From: an uncultured Gemmatimonadales bacterium
GTDB lineage: Bacteria > Gemmatimonadota > Gemmatimonadetes > Longimicrobiales > RSA9
Direction: 5' to 3'
DNA: 64,000 nt
NCBI GenBank assembly: GCA_963798845.1
Contig: CAWCUS010000006.1
Location: forward strand, 704,001 to 768,000
The first letter of the stretch is position 1. Each line of letters starts with the position of its first letter. The translations under genes and the position numbers were made by a program. The notes beneath the pieces were generated by a model. That model was given only the letters and a program-made list of their open reading frames with translations. It was not told the origin of the DNA and searched no databases. This document shows, piece after piece, positions 55,143 to 64,000 of this stretch.

Positions 55143-57476
55143 GCGCGGGCCTCCGTGGCGGGTGCCACCGTGGGCGCATCTCCGCGGAAGAAGTCCACGA
55201 TGTCCAGGACGCGGGATCGGAGGGGGTGGCGCCGCTGCTTGAAGAGCAGGAGCCGCCCCCGGGACCTGCGCGCGATCTGCTCTGGCTTGGTGCCGAGGAC
55301 GAGTCGCTGGATGAGGCCCTCTCGGGCGGCACCGATGACGGTGAGGTCGTAGTCGGCCGACTCCTCGCCGACGGTCTCGGCCACGTCCCGGGAGGAGACC
55401 TCGCGCAGCGGGAGATTGGGGTGGGTGCCGAGCCCGCCGACGCCGAGGTCGGAAAGATTGTGGTACAGCTCATCGACGCGGTCCCGCCGGTCCTGATCGG
55501 GGAGGTCCGGGGGCACGACGTGCATCAGCTCGACGCCGCCCTCGGTTCCGGCGAGGATGGAAGCGACCTCGATCATGCGGCGTGCCTGGCGGGGGTACGC
55601 CACCGGGACCAGGATGCGGTGCAGCCCCGACAGGTCGTCAGCGCGCAGCACGGCCACCTCGGAGGGCGCGGCGCGGAGGATCCAGTCGATATTGCTGCCC
55701 AGCGTGTTCTCGCCACGCCGGCTGCCGCGCCACCCGAGGACCACCAGGTCGATGTCGCTGTCCTCGATCTCATGGATGATGGCCTCCGCCGGTTTGTGGC
55801 CGATCCGGATGATGGAGCTGGAGCGGACGCCCTGCCGTTCCAGCGTCTCGGTGGCCTGGTCGAGCACTTCCTCGTACGCCTCCCGGATGAACCGGCGCCC
55901 GACCTCGAGCGGGGTCTGACTGGGAACGGTGATCACGTGCAGAAGCACGACCTCGCCGTCGTGGGCTCGAGCCATTGTGGCGGCGAAATCGATGAGCGCA
56001 CCCGCGCGCCTGGGATTGGCGACCGGCACCAGGACGCGGTACGCGGCCCTGGGCGCCCGCTCGCGGAGCACCACGGCCGTCGCGACTTTGGCCCGTTCAC
56101 GTCCCCGGGCGTAGAAGTAGTAGATCAGCCCCCCCACGCCGATCCAGCCGAGCGCCGCGTACCACGCCAGGTGCGAGTAGTGGAACATGAACAGCGCCAG
56201 GCCGAGCTTCGTGACCACGCCGAGGATCGGCAGATAGGGGAAGAACGGGATCAGAAAGCCGTAGTCGAGCTTGTCGCCGTACTTCTTCCGGATGGTGAGG
56301 ATGGCGACGTTCACCTGAAGGAACAGCAGCAGGAACATCACGTCGGCGGCGGCGGCAACGTGCTCGATCGGCACGGCCACTGCCATGAAGATGATGAGCG
56401 TGCCGCTCGCCAGGAGGGCGAGGAACGGCGTGCGGGTCCCGGCGGTGAACGCGGGCGAAGAAGTCCGGGAGGTTCCGGTCCCGGCCCATGGCGAACGAAA
56501 CGCGCGTGGAGCTAGAACGTGGTGGCGTTGAGGGCCGACATGGTGGACAGAATCCCGCCCACCAGCAGCAGCGATGCTGCCGCAGCGGCATGAACTGGCG
56601 CGCCGCCTCGGCGAGTCCGAGCTCCTTGTGCTCCCCGAGCCAGTGCCAGGTAGGCTCGCCAGTGCCCGGTATGAACGGCGCCGACGGCGGCGACGGCGAC
56701 CAGCATGTAGATCGGGATGACGATGGCGAGCGACAGAACACCGCCCGGGGGATGTTCCGTTGCGGGTCCCGGACCTCCTCGCCCGCCTGGACGATGATCT
56801 CGTAGCCCTCGAAGGCGATGAACGTGAGCCCCATGGCCGTGAACACGCCGCCCATCCCGCGGGAGCGAACGGGGTGAAGCTTGCTCCAGCTCGACGGCTC
56901 GCGGAACATGGCCCAGAGGCCGCTGGCGATGAAGATGCCCGATGATCGACGACCTTGGCCACGGTCACGATGTTGCCCGCCAGCCCCGTCTCCGACGACG
57001 CCGCGGAAGTTGATGCCGATGAAGACGAGCGCGATAAGCACCGCGAACGAGCTTCTCCAGCGCGCTTCCGGCTGAGCCCGAAGATGCTCCACGCCGAGGT
57101 CCTGCAGCGACCAGACCGACGTATGCACCGAAGCCCGAGAGCGTAGAGGCTGCCGGCGACGGCGTGGGCGAACCAGCTCATCCAGCCGGCCAGGAACGCG
57201 TTGGCCCGGGCAGCCCCTCCTTCACCCAGAGATAGCCGCCGCCGGCCTCGGGGATGGCCGAGCCCAGCTCGGCGTAGACCATGGCGGTGAGGAACGTGAT
57301 GACGCCGTTGAGCGGCGAAGACAGGATCAGCGCCGGGCCCGCGCGGTCCCGGCCGCGATGCCGGTCAGGACGAAGATGCCCGCGCCGATCATGGCGCCGA
57401 CGCCCACCATCGTGATGGTGAAGAGGCCGAGATCCCGGCTCAACTCGGCGGGTGCGTGCTGTGGGTAGGAGGGCAT
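55139..57476 (-). CDS. APC-superfamily transporter fused to two USP-like domains (many frameshifts in 56.4-57.4 kb)
   Basis: ATG 57476: ELSRDLGLFTITMVGVGAMIGAGIFVLTG; YAELGSAIPEAGGGY; AFEGYEII; RVSFAMGRD found in shifting frames; intact C-terminus RVLVPVANP...LVVLGWRG...LGSNIDWIL and RILVPVA...VLGTKPEQI. Confidence 0.8.
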
Positions 57477-57508
57477 GCGCCACGGTAACGCCGATCCTGT
57501 TACGACCG

Positions 57509-57548
57509 CATAAGGATCGGAGCGCGTGGCGTAAAGAAGACGTGAAGA
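57509..57548 (-). promoter_or_regulatory. Direct-repeat (OmpR/KdpE-type) boxes upstream of the APC-USP transporter
   Basis: Minus strand TCTTCACG (57548-57541), TCTTTACG (57537-57530), CTTATG (57514-57509); periods of 11 and 21 bp. Confidence 0.6.
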
Positions 57549-57590
57549 GTGCTCGGCTGCCGGGCGGCGTCCCGAAACGGCTCGAGATGC

Positions 57591-59123
57591 TCACGTCGAA
57601 ATCGGCCGCAGGGAGGCGGAGCTCGAAGATGCTGCCGCCGCCGGGCCGAGGCCGGTACACCACGGTCCCGCCCTGCGCTTCGGCGACGTGGCGAGCGATG
57701 GCCAGCCCGAGGCCCGTGCCCTGCGCGCCGGCAGCGGAGGCTGAGCGGAAGTACGGCTCGAACATCCGCGCCTCCTCACCCGGCTGGATTCCCGGCCCAC
57801 GGTCCGCGACCTCGAACACCAGCTGCTCGTCTTCGCGCCGGACGTTCAGCTCCACGGAGCTCGGCTCCGGCGAGTGGCGGAGCGCGTTCTCCAGCAGGTT
57901 GGAGAGGGCGCGGAGCGCGTGGACGAAATCGAATCGCCCGAGGAGCAGGGGATCGCCCGAGAGCGGGCGGATGGTCATTTCGGCGGCCCCGGGAACGCCC
58001 GCGAGCTGGTGGAGCGCCGCGCCGACCAGATCCTCGGCCGCATTGATCTCCGGCTGCACCGGGAGGGCGCCGGCACGGGCCCGGGACAGGTCGAGCAGGT
58101 CAGAAACCAGCCGGTTCAGCCGGATGCTCTCCTCCTCGATCACGGCTCCTCTCTCCTCTCCGGCGGAGCGGAGCTCGCTCGCGGCGGCGCGGATAGCCGT
58201 GAGCGGGGTCCGGAGGTCGTGGGACACGCTGGCGAGCAACGCATCCTTCAAGCGGTCGGCTTCCCGCAGCGCGGCGACGTGCTCGGCTTCCGCTTCCAGA
58301 GCCGATCGGTCCAGAGCGAGGGCGGCGTAGTAAGCCAGGGCGTCCGCGAAGGCCGCCTGGGCGGAGCGGAACCGCAGCCCCTCCGGGTCCGCCAGGCGAA
58401 GGACGCCCACCGTTCGATCCCGGACCCGTAGCGGGACCATGATCTCCCGGAGCCCCGCGGACGTGGTCAGCGCGGTCGCCAGTGAGGCATGGCCGGGCTG
58501 GACGGACGACGTCCCGTCGAGACGGACGCCGACGATGCGCGCGTGCTCCAGGGCGAACGCAACCAGCTCCGGGTTCGCCGTCTCGCCGTACGCCGAGCCC
58601 GCGACCGCCGACGGCACCGGGTCCGCCGCGAGGGCCGCGGGGCGGAGGACGCTGGCGTGGCTGACGGGAAGCTCGGAGGAGATCACCAGGGTGATGGCGT
58701 CCAGCGCATCCTCCGCGCGGGGGACGGAAAGGCTTTCGGCACCGAGCGCGGCCAGGCGCTCCACCTCGGCCGTCCGGCGTTCCGCCGTCACTGTGGCGAG
58801 CTGCTGACGGTGGACGAGCTCGGCGGCCACCATGGCGGTGATGAGAAACGCCACCAGGACCCACCAGTCCAGCGCGTTGGCGATCCGGAGCGTGTAGAAC
58901 GGCGGCAGCAGGAAGAAGTTGAATGCGAAGAAGCTGGCCACGGCAAGGAGGATCGCACGATGGCTCGTCCGCCCCGGGCGCTGCCGGCGAGCACGAGCAG
59001 AAGGTAGGCGAGCGCGAGGTGGGCCTTCTCGAGGCGGCCGTGGAAGAACCACAGGGCAGCCGTGAGGAGCGTGAGCGCCGCCAGTGACACCAGCACGGGC
59101 CGCCATCCCGGAAGGCCGGTCAC
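57591..59123 (-). CDS. KdpD-like sensor histidine kinase (DUF4118-GAF-HisKA-HATPase; frameshift near 58965; 3' end uncertain)
   Basis: LAYLLLVL...FNFFLLPPFYTLRI, SVSHDLRTPL, NLLENALRHS, VADRGPGI, GTGLGLAI, GGGSIF; lacks the N-terminal KdpD and USP domains; no in-frame stop near the expected end. Confidence 0.8.
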
Positions 59124-59133
59124 CGCCCCGCCT

Positions 59134-59837
59134 TCAGCCCGGGATCTCGAACCTGTAGCCAACGCCGGGCTCCGTGATGATGAGCTTGGGACGAAGTGCG
59201 TCCGGCTCCAGCTTCCGTCTGAGGTTGGCGACGTACACCCGCAGGTACTGCTGCGGGTCGCCCCCGGAACGCGGCCACACGGCGTCGAACAGCTGGTGGT
59301 GCGTGAGCGTCTTCCCCGCCGAGCGCGAGGAACGCGCGGAGAAGCTCCCACTCCGTCGGCGTGAGATGGATGTCGTCGCCCCCGCGGCGGACGGTGCGGG
59401 ACGCGGTGTCGATCACGAGGCCGTCCGAGATCCATGACACCTTCGCCGCCGGGGACCTCCGCCATGCGCGCGCGTCTCAACTGGGCACGAACCCGGGCGC
59501 GCAGCTCGCCGGGGCTGAACGGCTTCGTGATGTAATCGTCCGCCCCTTCCTCGAGCAGGCGGACCTTCTCCTTCTCCGAGTGGTGCGCCGACAGCACGAG
59601 GATGGGGGCGGTGGACCACTTCCGGATCTCTCCACAGACCCAGAGCCCCGGCTTGTCCGGGAGGCCCAGGTCGAGGATGACCACGTCAGGCCGCTGGGCG
59701 GCGGCGAGATCGACGCCCGCGCGCGCCGTCTCCGCTTCGAGCACGCGGTCCATGTCTTCCGCGAGGGCGTTCCGGACCGCGCGCACGATGTGGGGCTCAT
59801 CGTCAATGACGAGGGCGACCGTCTCGGGTTCCGCCAA
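59134..59837 (-). CDS. kdpE: KdpE-like OmpR-family response regulator (frameshifted)
   Basis: TTG start after GGAG; IDDE, ILDLGLPD, ILVLSA, GADDYITKPF; HLTPTEWELL, YLRVYVANLRRKLE, ITEPGVGYRF in shifted frames. Confidence 0.8.
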
Positions 59838-59940
59838 GCGTGTGCTCCAGTCCGAAGGGGGCGGGCTTCACCGGAAGCTACGTCGCCGGCGGGCCGGACA
59901 CCAAGACATCCCGACCCCATCCCGGCGGGGTAGCCGCATC

Positions 59941-59991
59941 TCTTTACGGGATCTTCACGCCTTCACCCACGGCGTTCACGCGGCGCTTACG
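59941..59991 (+). promoter_or_regulatory. Direct-repeat (OmpR/KdpE-type) boxes upstream of the trk operon
   Basis: TTTACG 59943, TTCACG 59954, TTCACG 59975, CTTACG 59986; periods of 11, 21 and 11 bp. Confidence 0.65.
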
Positions 59992-60043
59992 GCCTTGCCC
60001 CCATCTTGACTCCGACGACGGAAGTCAATGCAAGGGGGACCCC

Positions 60044-60491
60044 ATGCAAGCGACCGCAGAAACACGCACCGGAAAGCGGACGGGGCTGGTTCCACGGACG
60101 GTCTGGTGGGTAGCGGGATACGTCCTTGTGGCGGCGCTGGTGGTGTTCGCGATCACCCTGCTGTTCCGTCCCTCGCCGCTTCCCATCGTGGGGACGTGGG
60201 TCGGCCGGGACTCCGTGGGCATGCGCGTGGTCTATCATTTCGAGCCCGACGGCAGCGGCTATCGCGTGGCCGCCGGCCGCACCGAGCCGCTGCGGTACGA
60301 GGTGGACCTGCGGATACCCCAACCTGATCCGGCTGACAGTGGGCGACGAGCCAGACGCGCGGATCACGCGCGGGCTGCTGCAGCTGCGATCGGATTCCCG
60401 GATCCGGATCCAGCTCGCCCCCGCAGGCGAAGCGGCACCGCGGCAGGTCGGGCCCGGTGCACTGGACCTGAGACGGCAGGCGACGCGCTGA
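60044..60491 (+). CDS. Membrane-anchored small beta-rich hypothetical protein (frameshift near 60300)
   Basis: AGGGGG RBS; TM then PIVGTWVG...YHFEPDGSGY; continues GYPNLIRLTV...ALDLRRQATR in another frame. Confidence 0.6.
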
Positions 60492-60494
60492 GCC

Positions 60495-60860
60495 ATGCGT
60501 GAAACCAGGGTCCTCGTCGTGGACGACGAAAAGAACATCAGGACGGTGATCACCGGCGCGCTCGAGGGGCCGGAGCTGTCGGTGCGGAGCGCGGTGAACG
60601 GAGAGGACGCTCTGCAGCGGCTGGAGGACGGCGCGGCCGACGTGGTTCTCCTCGACCTGAAGCTCCCGGGCATGGGCGGGATCGAAGTCCTCCGGCGGAT
60701 CCGGGACGCGTGGCCGGACACCCGCGTGATCGTGATCACGGCCCACGGGACGGTGGCCACGGCGGTGGAGGCCATGAAGCTCGGGGCCGTTGACTTCATT
60801 GAGAAGCCGTTCGCGGCCGAAGAGGTCCGCCAGGCTGTCCGGAACGCCAGCGGCTCATGA
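60495..60860 (+). CDS. Single-domain response regulator receiver
   Basis: VLVVDDE, LLDLKLPG, VITAHG, DFIEKPF; 121 aa with no output domain. Confidence 0.9.
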   Translation: MRETRVLVVDDEKNIRTVITGALEGPELSVRSAVNGEDALQRLEDGAADVVLLDLKLPGMGGIEVLRRIRDAWPDTRVIVITAHGTVATAVEAMKLGAVDFIEKPFAAEEVRQAVRNASGS

Positions 60861-61273
60861 GCGCCCGCTACGTGGTCATCGTGGGCTGCGGCCGTTTCGG
60901 CTCCACGCTCGCTGGCACGCTCAGCAGCCAGGGGGACTCGGTGGTCGTCATCGACCGGGAGGAGACCGCGTTCGCGAAGCTGCCGCCCGAGTTCAGCGGC
61001 TTCCGCATCGCGGGCGACGCCGCGGAGCTTTCCGTGCTGCGCCAGGCGAAAGTGGAGCAGGCCGACATCGTCTGCGCCGCCACGGAGCGGGACAACCTCA
61101 ACCTCTTCGTGGCGCAGGCGGCAAAGGAGCTGTTCGGCGTCGAGCGGGTGGTGGCCCGCGTGTTCGATCCCACGCGCGAGCCGGTGTTCGAGGAGCTCGA
61201 CGTGGCCACGATCTCGCCGACCATGCTCGCGGCGGAAGCGTTCCTCGGCTTCGTGCGGGACGCGCCGTCATGA
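60857..61273 (+). CDS. trkA: TrkA-N (RCK_N only) potassium uptake regulatory subunit
   Basis: IVGCGRFG, VVVIDRE, GDA, ATERDNLN, VVARV, ISPT. Confidence 0.85.
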   Translation: MSARYVVIVGCGRFGSTLAGTLSSQGDSVVVIDREETAFAKLPPEFSGFRIAGDAAELSVLRQAKVEQADIVCAATERDNLNLFVAQAAKELFGVERVVARVFDPTREPVFEELDVATISPTMLAAEAFLGFVRDAPS

Positions 61274-61936
61274 GGGTGATCCTGGTCGGTGGCGGGAAGA
61301 CGGTGTTCTTCCTGGCCCGTCGGTTCCTCGGCAAGAACTTCCACGTCACCGTGATCACGCGTGAAGCAGCGGAGGCGAAGCGGTACGCACGGGATCTGCG
61401 CGCGCAGGTGCTGCTCGGGGACGGAACGTCGCCTGCCGCTTCTGAAGGACGCCGAGGCCACCCGGGCTGACGCGTTGCTCGCCCTGCTTCCGCGCGACGA
61501 GGACAACCTCATCGCGTGCCAGGTGGCCCGGCGCATGTTCGGCGTGCCGCACGTGGTGGCGCTGGTCAACGATCCCGAGAACGCGGAGCTGTTCCATCGC
61601 CTCGGCATCACGGCCACGTTCTCGGCCACCGACCTGCTCGCCCGTCTGATCGAGGAGCGACCGGCGTCGCGGCGGTGATGGACCTCTTCCCAGTGGCCAG
61701 CGGCCGCGTCCACATGACCGAGGTGGGGATCCCGGCGGGAGCGCCCGCGGATGGACGCGCGGTCCGCGACCTCAAGGCGCCGAGCCGGCGCGCTTGTGGC
61801 GTGCGTGATCCGCGGCGATGAGGTCATGGTGCCGAGCGGCGGGAGCGCGCTCCGGGCCGGAGACCGCCTGGTGCTCGTGAGTCAGCCGGACGACTACGGC
61901 CGTTTCCTGCGGCTCCTGCTGGGCGAGGATGCGTGA
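61270..61936 (+). CDS. trkA: TrkA (RCK_N + RCK_C) subunit, frameshifted
   Basis: ILVGGGKT, GDGT, DEDNLIACQ, ALVNDPEN, CVIRGDEVMVPSG...LRAGDRL spread over several frames. Confidence 0.8.
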
Positions 61937-63441
61937 GACCGACGCGGCATCAGGCGCTCCTGCGCGAGCGCTACCGCGCCATCCTCGGCTACACGGGCCT
62001 GGTTCTCCTGATCGCCGCCGGCGTGATCCTGTCCACGCTCCTGGCGCTCCCGTTCTACCCCCGCGAGCTCGGCCAGGCGAGGGCGTTCCTCGTGCCTGGT
62101 GGGATCCTGGCCGTCCTTGGCGCGGCGACTCTGGCGGCGCTTCCGGCCGCGGCGCCGGGACCACCCTCACGCTGGCAGGAAGGCGCCGTCGTGGTCGTCC
62201 TTGCCTGGGCCGGGCGCTCGATCCTCGCCGCCGCCGGCGTGTTCATGGCTGCGCCGGGGCTCACGTTCACCCAGGCGGTTTTCGAGGCGACGAGCGGCTG
62301 GACCACCACGGGGCTGTCCGTCGTGGACGTGACGAAGGCGTCGCACCTCGTCCTGCTGTTCCGCAGCGACCTCGAGCTCGCCGGGCGGCGCGGGCCTGGC
62401 CATCATCATGCTGAGCGCGCTGGTGGGGCCGGCCGGCGCCGGGCTGAGCTCCGCGGAGGGCCGCTCGCGACCAGCTCGCCCCGCATGTCCGGCGCTCCGC
62501 CGCCATGGTGATGGCGCTGTACTCCGCCTACGCCATCGGCGGTACGGTGGCGCTGCGTCTGGCTGGGATGGGCTGGTTCGACGCCGTGAACCACTTCGTT
62601 CGCCGCTGTTTCCACAGGCGGTTTCTCGACGCGGCCCGAGTCCATCGGTACTGGGACAGCCCGGCCGATCGAAGCCGTGACCATCGTCCTCATGATCGCT
62701 GGGGACGCTGAACTTCCTGACCAGCTGGGCGCTGGCCCGCGGGAAAGGTGCGGACCTTCCTCAGGAACGGCGAAGTGCGGCTCCTTGCGCGGCTTCTCCT
62801 GGCGGGGCAGCGTGGTGGTGTTCGGCTCCGTGGTCGGGCTGCCCTGTACGCGTCGGTAGGAAAGGCCGTCCGCGTGACCGTGTTCGAGGTGGCGAGCGCG
62901 GCGTCAACGACGGGCTTCTCTACTGTCGGCTACCTGGACTGGCGGGCACTGCCCGTACTGGCGCTCATTCTGGCGATGCTCGTCGGGGGCGGAACGGGAT
63001 CCACGGCAGGTGGCATTAAGCAGTACCGCATCTACGTGCTCTTCCGGGCGTTGTGGTGGGAGCTCCAGCGGGGAGTATCGCCCCGGAGCTCGCTTCGGAC
63101 CCCACTCGGTCTGGGTGGGCGAGGAGCAGCGTTTCCTGGACGATCGGGAGATCCGCAGCGTCGCCGTGTTCGTGTTCCTCTACCTGGTTGTGTACGCGCT
63201 GGGCGCCGCCGTCCTCATGGGCTACGGCTACGGCATGCGGGAGAGCGTCTTCGAGTTCGCCAGCGCGCTCGGCACCGTCGGGCTGTCGGTGGGGGTGACC
63301 GCGCCCGGAGCGGCGGCGGGGGTGCTGTGGACGGAAACGGCCGGGATGCTGCTCGGCCGTCTCGAGTTCTTCACCGTGTTTATCGGCGTCTTCCGCGTGG
63401 TCATGGATGGCCGGGCGGGGCTCGAGGCGAGTCGGGCATGA
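61933..63441 (+). CDS. trkH: TrkH potassium uptake permease, frameshifted
   Basis: Pore motifs FEATSGWTTTGLS, STGGFS, FEVASAASTTGFS, FEFASALGTVGLS; GGGTGSTAGGIK; MLLGRLEF; several frame changes. Confidence 0.85.
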
Positions 63442-64000
63442 ACGGGCGAGGCGGAGCCCTCGACGGCGGCACCGCCCGCCATTGGGCCTTCCAGAAGCTC
63501 GCCGGCCTGGACGGCCGCGGCCGCGCCGAGGAGTCCCCCGTCGGCCGATACGTCCTTGCGGCCGCCGGCGTGGCCGTGGTGACGGTCGCGTCGATCCTGC
63601 TTCGGCCCCACCTGGCGCTGGCGACTGTGATCATGCTCTATCTCCTCCCCGTCCTCGCCGCCGCCGCGCGACTGGGTAGGGGGCCGTCCGTGGCGGCATC
63701 CGTGCTCGCCGTCGCCGCGTTCGACTGGTTCTCGGTGCCCCCGTTCGGGACGTTCGAGGTGGCGGACGCACAGTACTTCTGGGCGTTCGGTGTCATGCTG
63801 GTGGTGGCGCTAGCGGTCAGCGCGCTTACCGCGGAGCTCCGGGGCCAGGCGGTGGCGTGGCGACAGCGGGAGGAGCGCTCCGCCGCCCTCTTCGCCGTGG
63901 CGGGCGACCTGGTGCGACTCGAGGAGCCCGCGGCCATCGACGCCGCAACCGCGCGCCACTTCCGGCGGACGTTCGGAGTCACGGCCCGCGTGCTAGCCGT
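63438..64000 (+). CDS. Second KdpD-like DUF4118 sensor protein (partial, runs off the window)
   Basis: Manual translation from ATG 63438: ...TVIMLYLLPVLAAAARLGRGPSVAASVLAVAAFDWFSVPPFGTFEV...REERSAALF. Confidence 0.8.
   Translation, partial: MNGRGGALDGGTARHWAFQKLAGLDGRGRAEESPVGRYVLAAAGVAVVTVASILLRPHLALATVIMLYLLPVLAAAARLGRGPSVAASVLAVAAFDWFSVPPFGTFEVADAQYFWAFGVMLVVALAVSALTAELRGQAVAWRQREERSAALFAVAGDLVRLEEPAAIDAATARHFRRTFGVTARVLA

Noticed and set aside
57178..57590. C-terminal extension of the KdpD-like kinase (642-aa ORF) as a kinase-transporter fusion
   Set aside because: The extension crosses the regulatory boxes and is mostly out of frame with the APC gene; best explained by a lost stop in an error-rich region.

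Overview
High-GC bacterial chromosomal window from a Gram-negative (LPS-producing) organism; gene content suggests Gemmatimonadota or a relative (inference only). Left to right: (1) 1-15.8 kb, mixed stress, peptidase and detoxification genes (YciF ferritin-like, S9 and M28 peptidases, TipA/Mta-type MerR regulator with a clear 19-bp-spacer promoter, an ABM-DinB-YfiT triple fusion, GNAT, methyltransferase, dapB, ANT(6)-like adenylyltransferase, msrB); (2) 15.8-26 kb, a sugar-utilisation locus (two large glycoside hydrolases, an outer-membrane beta-barrel, an ABC importer); (3) an M1 peptidase, a csoR-copA-copZ copper operon, DNA topoisomerase IB, and an orphan Cys/His-rich lipoprotein behind a structured leader; (4) 36-52 kb, an LPS cluster (Kdo kinase, two GT9, MsbA, GT4s, LpxL, GT2) with an embedded PorX-like REC-PglZ protein and a deoxyhypusine-synthase-like gene; (5) an M6 metalloprotease and tRNA-Glu(CTC)/tRNA-Val(CAC); (6) 54.8-64 kb, a frameshift-rich potassium/osmotic locus. 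In (6) a KdpD/KdpE-like pair, with no kdpFABC in the window, lies between an APC transporter carrying two USP domains and a TrkA-TrkA-TrkH operon, and both promoters share a direct-repeat motif. No CRISPR array, rRNA, transposase or integrase was seen. All product calls come from motif recognition by eye, not database searches.
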